A stretch of DNA of 64,000 nt from Candidatus Niyogibacteria bacterium (GTDB lineage: Bacteria > Patescibacteriota > Minisyncoccia > HO2-45-28). The position numbers and the translations under genes are program-made. The stretch spans positions 740,944 to 804,943 of the forward strand of contig CP066691.1 in the NCBI GenBank assembly GCA_016432485.1, written 5' to 3'. How positions within the stretch are numbered: position 1 is the stretch's first letter; every line of letters begins with the position of its first letter. This document shows positions 18,614 through 29,812 of the stretch, in pieces. Under the pieces are notes generated by a model. It did no database searches. It was not told the DNA's origin and worked only from the letters and a program-made list of their open reading frames with translations.

Positions 18614-19818
18614 TTTTTAATTATTCTGCAAAAACCGCGCAAGGCGAGGAGAAAACGGGGACGGTTGAAGCCGCGAGCCAGGATTTGGCCGTGTCGGCTC
18701 TTCAAAGGAGGGGGCTGATTATAGTTTCTCTGGAGTCGGCGGAGGAAGCCGTTTCTTTTTTTGGAAAATTTTTTTCTTTTTTTGAACGGGTCAAGGACCG
18801 CGATGTCGTCATATTTTCCAGGCAATTGGCCACTTTGTTTTCGGCAAAAGTGCCGGTTGTTGACGCGTTAAGGATTTTAATGAGTGAAGCGTCAAATGAA
18901 TCTTTCAAAAAAAAATTAAGCGCGATCGCCGACGATATTCAAGGCGGACTTCCGGTCTCTCAAGCACTGTCTCGGCATCCGGACATCTTTTCAAACTTTT
19001 ATATTCAGATGGCGCGTTCCGGGGAAGAATCCGGAAAACTTGATGACATTCTGAATTATCTCGCCGATTATCTTGAACGTTCTTACGACCTTACGTCAAA
19101 GGCCCGCAACGCTTTAATTTATCCGGCGTTCGTGCTCGGAGTTTTTTTGGTTGTGGTCGGCATAATGCTGGTTGTGGTCGTGCCAAAACTTTCTTCAATT
19201 ATTCTTGAAGTTGAGCAGAATGTTCCGATTTACACCAAATTTATAATTGGCCTTTCCGATTTTATTAGGACTTTCGGCGTTTTTTTTCTGGTTTTAGCGG
19301 CTTTGGGCGTGATTTTTGTCTGGCGCTGGCGCCTTACTCCTGCCGGCCGAAAGTCGGTGTCCAGACTTCAGTTATCCATACCGGTTTTTAAAAATATGTA
19401 TCGCCAGATTTATCTGGCGCGTTTTGCTGACAATTTTCAAACTCTTCTTTCGGGCGGCGTAAGCGTTGCCAGGTCCCTTGAAATATCCGCTGACGTGGTA
19501 GGCAACGAAGTTTATGCTGAAATAATACGAGAGGCCCGCGATTCCGTGAAAGGAGGAACGTCAATTTCCGCGGCTCTGGCGCGCTATGAAGACATTCCGC
19601 CGTTAGTCGCCCAAATGATTCGGGTTGGAGAAGAAACAGGAAAGCTGAATAAAATATTGGAAACTCTTTCGCGGTTTTACCGGCGCGAAGTTGATAACAC
19701 CCTTGAAAGGATGGTCAGTCTTATAGAGCCGGCGCTTATCGTTTTTCTCGGATTGGGAGTCGGCATTATTGTGGCGGCCATACTTGTTCCGATATACGGC
19801 ATATCTGCCGGAATATAA
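18610..19818 (+). CDS. pilC: type IV pilus platform protein PilC (GspF family)
   Basis: two GspF repeats, 3 TM, 402 aa. Confidence 0.85.
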   Translation: MIFNYSAKTAQGEEKTGTVEAASQDLAVSALQRRGLIIVSLESAEEAVSFFGKFFSFFERVKDRDVVIFSRQLATLFSAKVPVVDALRILMSEASNESFKKKLSAIADDIQGGLPVSQALSRHPDIFSNFYIQMARSGEESGKLDDILNYLADYLERSYDLTSKARNALIYPAFVLGVFLVVVGIMLVVVVPKLSSIILEVEQNVPIYTKFIIGLSDFIRTFGVFFLVLAALGVIFVWRWRLTPAGRKSVSRLQLSIPVFKNMYRQIYLARFADNFQTLLSGGVSVARSLEISADVVGNEVYAEIIREARDSVKGGTSISAALARYEDIPPLVAQMIRVGEETGKLNKILETLSRFYRREVDNTLERMVSLIEPALIVFLGLGVGIIVAAILVPIYGISAGI

Positions 19819-19923
19819 CGTTATACACATAAGGGGTTTGCTTATAAGTTAATAGAATTTATAATTAAATTATTGATATTTTAAGGTCGATTATTTACAG
19901 CTTTTATTTTTATTAAATTTTTT

Positions 19924-20436
19924 ATGTTTAAATTTTTGAAAAAGAAATGGTTTGGGGGCGGAAGAGGGGGATTCACTCTAATTGAGCTTCTGGTGGTTAT
20001 CGCCATAATCGGCGTTCTGGCTTCGGTTGTACTTGCTTCTTTGAATAGCGCTCGCAGAAAGTCGCGCGACGCCCGCCGCGTTGCCGATGTAAAGCAAATG
20101 CAATTGGCGCTTGAACTTTATTTTGACACTGAAGGCGAATATCCCGATGCGACCTCTAAACTCGCGCCCGATTACATTCCGGCAGTGCCTACGGACCCAG
20201 TGGGTCAAGTGGCTTATCCTTATAACGCCTATACTGCTACGACTATCAGCGCGGGCAATGATTGCGACGAGGCCACGGAGACTTGTCTTTATTACCACGT
20301 GGGAACCAATCTTGAAGAGAGTACCAATCCGGCCTTGCAAAGCGACCGCGATGTTGACGGCGATGTAGTTGACGGTCCGGACGCTGACGGTTGCGCCGAT
20401 GAAGCCAGCAGATATTGCTACGATGTAACGCCGTAA
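19924..20436 (+). CDS. pilA: type IV major pilin (PilA-like)
   Basis: GGFTLIELLVVIAIIGVLASVVLASLNSARRKSRDARR N-terminal pilin helix. Confidence 0.85.
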   Translation: MFKFLKKKWFGGGRGGFTLIELLVVIAIIGVLASVVLASLNSARRKSRDARRVADVKQMQLALELYFDTEGEYPDATSKLAPDYIPAVPTDPVGQVAYPYNAYTATTISAGNDCDEATETCLYYHVGTNLEESTNPALQSDRDVDGDVVDGPDADGCADEASRYCYDVTP

Positions 20437-20459
20437 ATTAGATTCCAGATTCTGGACAG

Positions 20460-20495
20460 GAAATCCCCCGCTTTATCGGGGGATTTCTGTTTGTG
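20460..20495 (+). terminator. intrinsic terminator after pilA (gaaatcccccgctttatcgggggatttc)
   Basis: long perfect stem-loop followed by tgtttgtgg. Confidence 0.6.
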
Positions 20496-20508
20496 GTAAA
20501 ATTTATTA

Positions 20509-21315
20509 ATGGAGAATGCGTTTATTTTTATCCTGGGCCTTTTTTTCGGAAGTTTTGCCAATGTTTTAGTTTATCGCCTTAATACCGGTGAGCCGATAAT
20601 GTTTTCAAGGTCGCGGTGTTTTTCCTGCGGGCAAAATCTAAAATGGTTTGAGCTTATTCCGGTTTTTTCTTTCTTGTTTTTGAAAGGCCGGTGTCGGGTC
20701 TGCGGCTCAAAAATTTCCTGGCAGTATCCGCTCGTTGAGCTCGCAAGCGGATTTTTGTTTTTGATACTTTATGTTTATATTCCCAGTGGTCCAAGTCCGA
20801 CTTGGACCAGTTGGGCAATTGCGGCCTTATTTTTCTGGCTGCTTTTTGTTATTTCCGTCTATGACCTCCGCCATAAGATAATTCCCAATAATTTGGTTTA
20901 TTTATCAACGGCAGCCGTCGCATTGTTTTTGATAATTGGAAATTTAGATTTCATTGAAAATTGGAAATTGTTAATTGAACATTTTGCCGCGGGAATCGGC
21001 CTTTTTGCTTTCTTCGGCGGCCTGTGGTTTATCTCTCGCGGCCGCTGGATGGGTTTTGGGGATGCTAAAATGGCATTCGCCCTCGGATTATTTTTGGGCT
21101 GGCCCGAAACGCTCGCCGCTTTCTTTTTTTCTTTTTGGATTGGGGCCTTCTTTGGCCTTATTCTTGCCTTTTATAACTATAAGCTAAAAGCTAAAAGCTA
21201 TAAGCTGTTGAGCGGGACGCAAGTTCCTTTTGCTCCCTTTATTTTTTTGGGCGGGCTTGCCGCGTATTTATGGGCTGACGCGATTATATTTTGGTATTTG
21301 TCGTTACTCGGTTAG
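20509..21315 (+). CDS. pilD: prepilin peptidase PilD (A24 family)
   Basis: N-terminal CFSC...CRVC zinc motif, multi-TM, conserved Asp residues. Confidence 0.85.
   Translation: MENAFIFILGLFFGSFANVLVYRLNTGEPIMFSRSRCFSCGQNLKWFELIPVFSFLFLKGRCRVCGSKISWQYPLVELASGFLFLILYVYIPSGPSPTWTSWAIAALFFWLLFVISVYDLRHKIIPNNLVYLSTAAVALFLIIGNLDFIENWKLLIEHFAAGIGLFAFFGGLWFISRGRWMGFGDAKMAFALGLFLGWPETLAAFFFSFWIGAFFGLILAFYNYKLKAKSYKLLSGTQVPFAPFIFLGGLAAYLWADAIIFWYLSLLG
21177..21210 (+). repeat. 34-bp segment ctataagctaaaagctaaaagctataagctgttg built on (aaagcta)3, in-frame within pilD (encodes YKLKAKSYKLL)
   Basis: 33/34 identical to 59735-59768 in an unrelated GT4 gene; core shared with 61358-61389. Confidence 0.85.
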
Positions 21316-21353
21316 AAATCGTCATTTTCAACCGAGTTTGATATAATAAATAA

Positions 21354-21911
21354 ATGAAAACGGGGTTTACCCTATTAGAACTCGTGGTAACCGTGGGTGT
21401 TGTCCTGATAATTTCGCTTTTGATTCTGGCCGATTTTCCAGAATTCACCAGGCGACTTGAACTTTCACGGACAGCGCAAGCGGTGGCGTCTTCTTTTCGT
21501 CAGGCCGAGTCCGCGGCGCTGGCGGTTCGCGAGTTTAGCGCGGAAGTTTTTCCGGCTTACGGCCTGCATTTTGAAAACTTGCCCGCGAAATCTTATGTTT
21601 TTTTCGCGGATATTGATCAGGATTATAAAACTTCGTCTCCGGATGGTTTTTACGACGGACCAAGTGAGGAAGTGGACACGTTTACTATCAATACTCCCGT
21701 TGAAATCTATAAAATATGCGGCGGCGAATCCGGTGAGGGCGCGGATTGTTCAATTACTCGCCTTGACGTGCTGTACGCCCGTCCAAATCCCGATATTTAC
21801 ATTATTACCGACAAAGGATCTTTTTTGAATGTTGAAATATTCGTTCGTTTAACAACCGGCGCGGAAAAGAAAATAGCAATTTGGACAACCGGACAATTAT
21901 CCATTGAATAA
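21354..21911 (+). CDS. minor pilin / pseudopilin (prepilin N-terminal domain)
   Basis: MKTGFTLLELVVTVGVVLI. Confidence 0.75.
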   Translation: MKTGFTLLELVVTVGVVLIISLLILADFPEFTRRLELSRTAQAVASSFRQAESAALAVREFSAEVFPAYGLHFENLPAKSYVFFADIDQDYKTSSPDGFYDGPSEEVDTFTINTPVEIYKICGGESGEGADCSITRLDVLYARPNPDIYIITDKGSFLNVEIFVRLTTGAEKKIAIWTTGQLSIE

Positions 21912-21913
21912 AT

Positions 21914-22438
21914 ATGTTGAAATTCTCAATCCTCAATTCTCAATCTTCAATTAAGCGCGGATTTACGCTACTCGAAACTTTAGTGGCCATAGCCGTATTG
22001 TCGCTGGCTCTTGCCGGAGTATTGTCACTTTCTTCAATCGGCATACGCTCGTCTTCCGGAGCCAGCAATCAAATTAAAGCTTTCTTTTTAGCAAGCGAAG
22101 GAGTGGAATACGTCAGGAATAAGCGCGATGCCAATATTCTTGCCGGTTCTAATTGGATAAGCGGTCTTAACGGCTGCGAAGGAGGCTGTTATGTTGATGT
22201 GTACGCGCCGGGTGGCATTGTTCACTGTTCCGGCGCTTGTCCGAAACTGAGATTTGATGCGTTTAGCAACCGTTTTGATTATGACCCGGACAGCCAAGAG
22301 ACGATCTTTACTCGCAAAATAATCATTGTTCCGATTAACTCGCAAGAAATCAGTCTTTCATCCGAAGTTTCTTGGGTCCAGGGAGGAATTACCCGCGGTT
22401 TTTCTTTGGAGGAACATCTTTTTGATTTGTCTTTTTAA
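21914..22438 (+). CDS. minor pilin / pseudopilin
   Basis: long leader then GFTLLETLVAIAVLSLAL. Confidence 0.75.
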   Translation: MLKFSILNSQSSIKRGFTLLETLVAIAVLSLALAGVLSLSSIGIRSSSGASNQIKAFFLASEGVEYVRNKRDANILAGSNWISGLNGCEGGCYVDVYAPGGIVHCSGACPKLRFDAFSNRFDYDPDSQETIFTRKIIIVPINSQEISLSSEVSWVQGGITRGFSLEEHLFDLSF

Positions 22439-22460
22439 TTAACGCGATACGAATATACGA

Positions 22461-23009
22461 ATGCGCACGAACGATACGAATAAAAAAATAACGGGGTTTA
22501 CGTTATTGGAAATGGTGGTGGCTATCGGCGTTTTCTCCGTAGCGGTTTTGCTTGCTGTGTCTTCATTTTTGAGTTTGCAAAATGCTGAGAAAAAAATTCA
22601 ATCGTCGGTTAATCTGCAAAATAATTTGCGTTTCGCTTTGGAAATTATGGCCAAAGAAATTCGCACCGGCGAATTTTATCATTGCGGTTTGGGCGGCGGC
22701 GTTGATCCTGCGGATTGTCTGTCGGGTGAGTCATCTTTGACCTTTCAAAACGCCCTCGGGCAAACTGTTATATACAGAAATATTGATTCAAAGATTCAAA
22801 AATCATCCGATGGCGGCGTTGTCTTTCAGTCCCTTAGTTCGGGAGATATCACCGTTGACGATTTAAAGTTTTACGTTGTCGGTTCGCCATCAGGCGATAA
22901 TTTACAGCCGAGGGTTACTATAACCGTTAAAGCGTCCAAGCGGGTTGGCGCGAATGTCAGCGAATTTAGCTTACAAACATCCGTTTCTCAGAGAAAATTA
23001 GCGCCATGA
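22461..23009 (+). CDS. minor pilin / pseudopilin
   Basis: leader MRTNDTNKKITG then FTLLEMVVAIGV; leader DNA near-identical to 16690 gene. Confidence 0.75.
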   Translation: MRTNDTNKKITGFTLLEMVVAIGVFSVAVLLAVSSFLSLQNAEKKIQSSVNLQNNLRFALEIMAKEIRTGEFYHCGLGGGVDPADCLSGESSLTFQNALGQTVIYRNIDSKIQKSSDGGVVFQSLSSGDITVDDLKFYVVGSPSGDNLQPRVTITVKASKRVGANVSEFSLQTSVSQRKLAP

Positions 23010-23452
23010 TGAAAAAGTTTTCAATCTCCAATCTTCGATTTTCAATTAACGGCGGGTTTACGCTGCTTCTCGCCGTTCTTTTTGTTTCGGCTTTTTTGGC
23101 TTTAAGTCTGGGTTTGTCCAATCTGATTATCGGCCAGATTCAGCTTTCCGGAACCGGCCGAGATTCGCAGAGCGCTTTTTTCGCCGCTGACTCCGGAGCC
23201 GAGTGCGCCGTTTATTGGGATAGGTCATCCGGCAGTTTTTCAACTTCAAGTCCTTCCACGATAACTTGCGCTGGAGAAAGTCGTCCGGTAGGAGGAGCGC
23301 CGACAAGCTCGTTTGATTTGAATTTTTCCAACGGTTCCTGCGTCAGCGTGGTTGTTGATAAATCATCTCCGTCCGAGACGATTATTACTTCAATAGGCCA
23401 TAGTCCCTGTAACGGGAGGAAAGTTGAAAGAGGGTTGGAGGTGCGTTATTGA
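23006..23452 (+). CDS. minor pilin (PilX-like N-terminus)
   Basis: GGFTLLLAVLFVSAFLALSLGL; 4-nt overlap with previous gene. Confidence 0.7.
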   Translation: MMKKFSISNLRFSINGGFTLLLAVLFVSAFLALSLGLSNLIIGQIQLSGTGRDSQSAFFAADSGAECAVYWDRSSGSFSTSSPSTITCAGESRPVGGAPTSSFDLNFSNGSCVSVVVDKSSPSETIITSIGHSPCNGRKVERGLEVRY

Positions 23453-23500
23453 AAGACGCCGCAAAATTCATTTTTTCTTAACTCGCAAGATCCTCAAAGC

Positions 23501-23687
23501 GTCGCAAAATTGTTTTCTTATGACGGTGCTCCGGGTCTTGAAAATTATAGTCGTTTTGTTCGCGAAAAATAACGCTCCATCGTTCCTCCTTCGCTACGCT
23601 CAAGAATTTCCTACTCGCTATTTTTCGCTTCAAGACTCTTTAATTTTCAAAGTCCCTTCGCAAGCCAACGAAAATCAATTTTGCGAC
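23501..23687. mobile_element. MITE-like ~187-bp element, copy 1 (TIRs gtcgcaaaattgttttc / gaaaatcaattttgcgac)
   Basis: ~90% identical to 26011-26200; own terminal inverted repeats plus internal inverted repeat cgaaaaataacg.../...cgctatttttcg. Confidence 0.7.
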
Positions 23688-23710
23688 GCTTGAGGACGAG
23701 TTTACTGTAG

Positions 23711-23847
23711 CGAATCCGGAAGATTTATTTTAGGGGCTCCGCAGGCGCTTTGCAGGGCGTCCCGCGGCTGCGGGACAAAGCGCCCAGGACTAGAGTTTGA
23801 ATTTCGCTGGAAATTCAAACGTACCCTAAAATGAATTTCCGGATTCG
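23711..23847 (+). ncRNA. candidate structured RNA / long imperfect palindrome (family not recognised)
   Basis: 25-bp closing stem cgaatccggaagatttattttaggg / ccctaaaatgaatttccggattcg enclosing nested hairpins gcgctttg/caaagcgc, gtcccgc/gcgggac and gtttgaatttc/gaaattcaaac. Confidence 0.35.
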
Positions 23848-23978
23848 CAAAATAAGCCGGAAAAAATGAATCCCGTTAGAAAGACATTAAATAATATTTC
23901 TAAATAAAAATATGTTAAAGAAAGTTGGACAAAGGGCTTTCTAACGGGATGAATTTTGCGGCGGTTATAGTAGAATAA

Positions 23979-26010
<2,032 letters not shown>

Positions 26011-26012
<2 letters not shown>

Positions 26013-26200
26013 CCACAAAACTAATTTTCTTATGACAGCGCTTCAAAACTTGAAAATTATAGTCGTTTTGTTCACGAAAAATAACGCTCCATCGTTCCTC
26101 CTTCGCTACGCTCAGGAATTTCCTACTCGCTATTTTTCGTTTCAAAACTCTTTAATTTTTAAAGTTTTTCCGCAAGCCAACGAAAATTAGTTTTGTGGTT
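26011..26200. mobile_element. MITE-like ~190-bp element, copy 2 (perfect 19-bp TIRs aaccacaaaactaattttc / gaaaattagttttgtggtt), overlaps ligA stop codon
   Basis: direct-orientation copy of 23501-23687; TIR sequence differs from copy 1 but remains self-complementary. Confidence 0.7.
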
Positions 26201-26213
26201 AAATATAGATAAA

Positions 26214-26438
26214 ATGATTTCTCCAAAAGATGTGAAAAAAGCGGCGGAACTCTCAAGATTGAAACTTTCCGCCAAAGAGGAAAAAGAATTAAGCCGAGAA
26301 CTTGAGTCAATTCTGGGTTACATAGATAAGCTTAAAGAAGTTAATGTTTCGGGCGTTGCCGAAACAAGCCATGTTTTTCATGTTAATGATTTCAGAGAGG
26401 ACATCCGGCCGAAAGAAATTTTTGATTCATCTACTTGA
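26214..26438 (+). CDS. gatC: Asp/Glu-tRNA amidotransferase subunit C (start at ATG 26214 rather than TTG 26193)
   Basis: ISPKDVKKAAELSRLKLSAKEEKELSRELESILGYIDKL matches GatC. Confidence 0.75.
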   Translation: MISPKDVKKAAELSRLKLSAKEEKELSRELESILGYIDKLKEVNVSGVAETSHVFHVNDFREDIRPKEIFDSST

Positions 26439-27880
26439 CAGTTTCCAAAGTCAAAAACCTTTTGCATAAAGGAGAAATTTCCTCTAGGGAACTGGTTACG
26501 ATTTATTCCGAAGAAATTAAATCAAAAAATAAAAATTTAAACGCGTATCTTGAGACCTTTAATGATGTTTTTGATGAAGCCGAAAAAATTGATGAACATT
26601 TAAAAAGAGGCGAGGAGCCGAGGGCGCTTGAGGGTATTCCGTTCGCGATTAAAGACAACATTTTAATTCAGGGCAAAATTTGCTCGGCGGCTTCCCGCAT
26701 GCTTGAAAATTACAGGGCTTCTTATGACGCTTTTGTCATTAAAAAACTGCGTAAGGCCGGCGCGATTTTTTTAGGCCGTACCAATATGGATGAATTTGCG
26801 ATGGGTTCATCCACCGAAAATTCGGCGTTCGGCGCGACTAAAAATCCTTATGACGAGACGCGCGTTCCCGGAGGTTCTTCGGGCGGTTCGGCCGCGGCGG
26901 TTAGCGCGAATATGGCTTTAGCCGCTCTGGGTTCGGACACCGGCGGCTCCATCAGACAGCCGGCGGGATTTTGCGGGGTCGTCGGACTTAAGCCGACTTA
27001 CGGCGCTGTTTCCCGCTCGGGACTTATCGCCATGGCTTCGTCTTTAGACCAAATCGGGCCGATTACGAAAACTGTTGAGGATGCGGAACTTATTTTTGAT
27101 ATTATCAAAGGCAAAGATCCTAAAGATTCAACTAGTGTTGAATCCAACATCCAACATCCTCCGACTTCATCGAGAGTCCTCGATAAGTTCGGGACAACAT
27201 CCAACATCCAAAAGTTGAAAATAGGAATACCGAAGGAGTTTTATAGTGGAGGGATTGATAAAGATGTTTTGGAGATTGTGAATCGTGCGGCCGAGACATT
27301 TCGGGGGCTCGGACACGAAGTTAAAGAGGTTTCCTTGCCCCATGCTCCTTACGCTCTGGCCGTTTATTACATCGTTGTTCCGGCGGAGGTTTCGGCGAAT
27401 ATGTCTCGTTTTGACGGCCTGCGTTACGGCCTTCATAAATCCGGAAAAAATTTACTTTCCGAATATATGGAAACGCGCTCGGCCGGTTTCGGCCCGGAAA
27501 CCAGGCGCAGGATAATTTTGGGAACCTATGTTTTATCGGCCGGATATTACGACGCTTATTACGCGCGCGCATCTAAAGTGCGCGCGCTCATTAAAAAGGA
27601 TTTTGAAAAAGTATTCGGCGATGTGGATGTTCTGCTAGCGCCCGCTTCTCCGAACCCCGCTTTTAAAATCGGAGAGAAAATCAATAATCCTCTTTCAATG
27701 TATCTTGAAGATATTTTTTTGGTGCCGGCCAATCTCGCCGGCCTTCCGGCAATGTCTTTACCTTTCGGCTCGGCTACCCGCGACGGTGTTAAATTGCCGG
27801 TCGGAATACAACTCATAGCGCCGTGGTTTGAAGAAAAGACCCTCTTTGAAGCCGGCCGTCTTCTTGAGGCGCATAAGTAA
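26435..27880 (+). CDS. gatA: Asp/Glu-tRNA amidotransferase subunit A (amidase signature)
   Basis: GGSSGGSAAAV amidase signature, 481 aa, overlaps gatC by 4 nt. Confidence 0.9.
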   Translation: MTVSKVKNLLHKGEISSRELVTIYSEEIKSKNKNLNAYLETFNDVFDEAEKIDEHLKRGEEPRALEGIPFAIKDNILIQGKICSAASRMLENYRASYDAFVIKKLRKAGAIFLGRTNMDEFAMGSSTENSAFGATKNPYDETRVPGGSSGGSAAAVSANMALAALGSDTGGSIRQPAGFCGVVGLKPTYGAVSRSGLIAMASSLDQIGPITKTVEDAELIFDIIKGKDPKDSTSVESNIQHPPTSSRVLDKFGTTSNIQKLKIGIPKEFYSGGIDKDVLEIVNRAAETFRGLGHEVKEVSLPHAPYALAVYYIVVPAEVSANMSRFDGLRYGLHKSGKNLLSEYMETRSAGFGPETRRRIILGTYVLSAGYYDAYYARASKVRALIKKDFEKVFGDVDVLLAPASPNPAFKIGEKINNPLSMYLEDIFLVPANLAGLPAMSLPFGSATRDGVKLPVGIQLIAPWFEEKTLFEAGRLLEAHK

Positions 27881-27894
27881 AAAATTTCACTATG

Positions 27895-27968
<74 letters not shown>

Positions 27969-28071
27969 ATATTATTTTACAACCCCCTTTGATTTTTGCA
28001 AATTTTAAGGGTAAAATATGAAAAGTCGCCTTGTCCATCGAAGCTCTGGTGGTAAACCAGAGCGAAGTTGG

Positions 28072-28143
28072 GCCAGCGTAGTTCAACGGTTAGAACGAGG
28101 GACTCATAAGCCTTAAATAGAGGTTCGACTCCTCTCGCTGGTA
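28072..28143 (+). tRNA. tRNA with CAT anticodon (elongator Met or Ile2/lysidine type)
   Basis: acceptor GCCAGCG/CGCTGGT, D-stem GTTC/GAAC, anticodon loop CTCATAA (one A:G mismatch in anticodon stem), T-arm AGAGG TTCGACT CCTCT. Confidence 0.55.
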
Positions 28144-28146
28144 CTT

Positions 28147-28896
28147 ATGAAAATACTGAAAGTTAGAAATAAAAACGCGATGATGGAGCTTCTGCGAAGC
28201 GGCGCCAATTTTGATAAAATTTCAATAGTCAATGATCTGGAGCAGGATAATCTGACAAAAGAAATTATTACTCTCGCAAAGAGCAGGGGAATACGGATTG
28301 TGACGGCTCCCATCGGGAAAATGGCTAAAAGAAGAAGCGGGCAAACCAGAGAAGTTCTGGTCGGTTTTCTTGTGCCGGAAAATATCCGGACGCTCGGCGA
28401 TCTTCTAGACGAGATTTACAAAAAGAACCAAGACCCCTTTTTTCTTCTTGTTAACAGGGTTGATTTTGAGAGCAATATCGGGGTGATTGCCCGAACGGCT
28501 TTCGCGTCCGGCGTGAACGGTTTGATTTTTCAGGGAGACGAGGACAGATTTTTTAACGAGGAAACGACTCATTTTTCCATGGGCGCGATCGCGAGAATTC
28601 CGCTTATTAAAATGAACATTTTTGAAGCTTTGAAAGAACTGCGGAAAAATGGCATTAAAACATTCTGCGTTCAAACAGGGGGCGGGGCGTATTACGGCGA
28701 AAATTTTTTGGGGCCGGTCGCGTTTGTGCTGGGAGCGGAAGGAGAGGGCTTATCGGAAGGAGTTTCAAGCAGATGCGATAAAAAAATATCCATTCCCATG
28801 CGTAAGGGCATTGATTCTCTTAATGTCGGAGTTAGCGCCGGAATCGTGCTTTATGAGAAAGTGCGTCAAAATGGGGGCGCCATCTCGAATTTTTAG
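28147..28896 (+). CDS. SpoU/TrmH-family RNA 2'-O-methyltransferase (RlmB-like)
   Basis: SPOUT motifs: NIGVIARTAFASG, VLGAEGEGLS, SLNVGVSAGIVLYE. Confidence 0.8.
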   Translation: MKILKVRNKNAMMELLRSGANFDKISIVNDLEQDNLTKEIITLAKSRGIRIVTAPIGKMAKRRSGQTREVLVGFLVPENIRTLGDLLDEIYKKNQDPFFLLVNRVDFESNIGVIARTAFASGVNGLIFQGDEDRFFNEETTHFSMGAIARIPLIKMNIFEALKELRKNGIKTFCVQTGGGAYYGENFLGPVAFVLGAEGEGLSEGVSSRCDKKISIPMRKGIDSLNVGVSAGIVLYEKVRQNGGAISNF

Positions 28897-28949
28897 GCCC
28901 CGCGATTTTTTGACCTTTTTCTCGCCGGCTGAAATGGTATAATTAAAAA

Positions 28950-29588
28950 ATGTCTTCAACGATCAGCCGCGCCATATATATTTTGACCTCGGCCGACATT
29001 CTGATTGTTTCGGCTTACAGTTTCATCATCCCGCTTTTCGCCATTTTCGTAACCGACCAGATTGAAGGCGCGACCATAACCACGGTTGGGTTTTACACCG
29101 CTATTTATTGGATTGTAAAGTCAATCGTTCAGATTCCGATTGCCCGATATTTGGACAAAAAAGAAGGGGAGGTTGATGAATATCACGCGCTGATACTCGG
29201 CTATTTTATCGCCGCCGGAGTCGCCTTCGGATATATTTTTGCCAGAAACGTTTGGCACATTTATCTTCTTGAAGGAATTTTGGGCATTGCCGATGCTCTC
29301 GGAGTGCCTTCGTATCTATCCATTTTTTCTCGGCACCTTGATCGCGCTCGCGAAAACATGGAATGGACCCTGCGCAGTGTCGGAGTCGGAATAACCGCGG
29401 CCGGAGCCGGGGCCCTTGCCGGAATTCTGGTTAAAAATTTTGGATTTAATTCGGTTTTTGTTCTCGGCGGCGTTTTGAGCTTGATTTCAGCATCTTCTCT
29501 TTTTCTTCTTAAACCATATTTAAAAACCAGAGACGGCAGGTCAATGGTTTATCAAATATCAAAGCCGCCTCGCAAGAAAACTTTTTAG
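28950..29588 (+). CDS. hypothetical polytopic membrane protein (MFS-half-like)
   Basis: ~6 TM helices, 212 aa. Confidence 0.5.
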   Translation: MSSTISRAIYILTSADILIVSAYSFIIPLFAIFVTDQIEGATITTVGFYTAIYWIVKSIVQIPIARYLDKKEGEVDEYHALILGYFIAAGVAFGYIFARNVWHIYLLEGILGIADALGVPSYLSIFSRHLDRARENMEWTLRSVGVGITAAGAGALAGILVKNFGFNSVFVLGGVLSLISASSLFLLKPYLKTRDGRSMVYQISKPPRKKTF

Positions 29589-29637
29589 CGCTTGTTATAG
29601 CCCCCGATTTATGCTAAATTTTTAAAAAGAAAATTAT

Positions 29638-29711
29638 GCGGGTGTAGCTTAGCGGTTTAAAGCGCTGCCCTGTCACGGCAGAGATCGCCGGTCCAAATCC
29701 GGTCACCCGCG
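29638..29711 (+). tRNA. tRNA-Asp(GTC)
   Basis: acceptor GCGGGTG/CACCCGC, anticodon stem CTGCC/GGCAG loop CTGTCAC, T-loop TCCAAAT. Confidence 0.75.
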
Positions 29712-29812
29712 CTTTAGAATATTTCACTCATTGATTCATCTCTCTTGACTTCCGGTCTGGATTTATCTAGTATTTTTGAGAATCCTTTGAACCATATTTT
29801 GGAGGTAAGGGC

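Noticed and set aside
23424-23693. 89-aa ORF downstream of the last minor pilin
   Set aside because: It runs through MITE-like copy 1. No SD is present, and the equivalent region of copy 2 has no intact frame.
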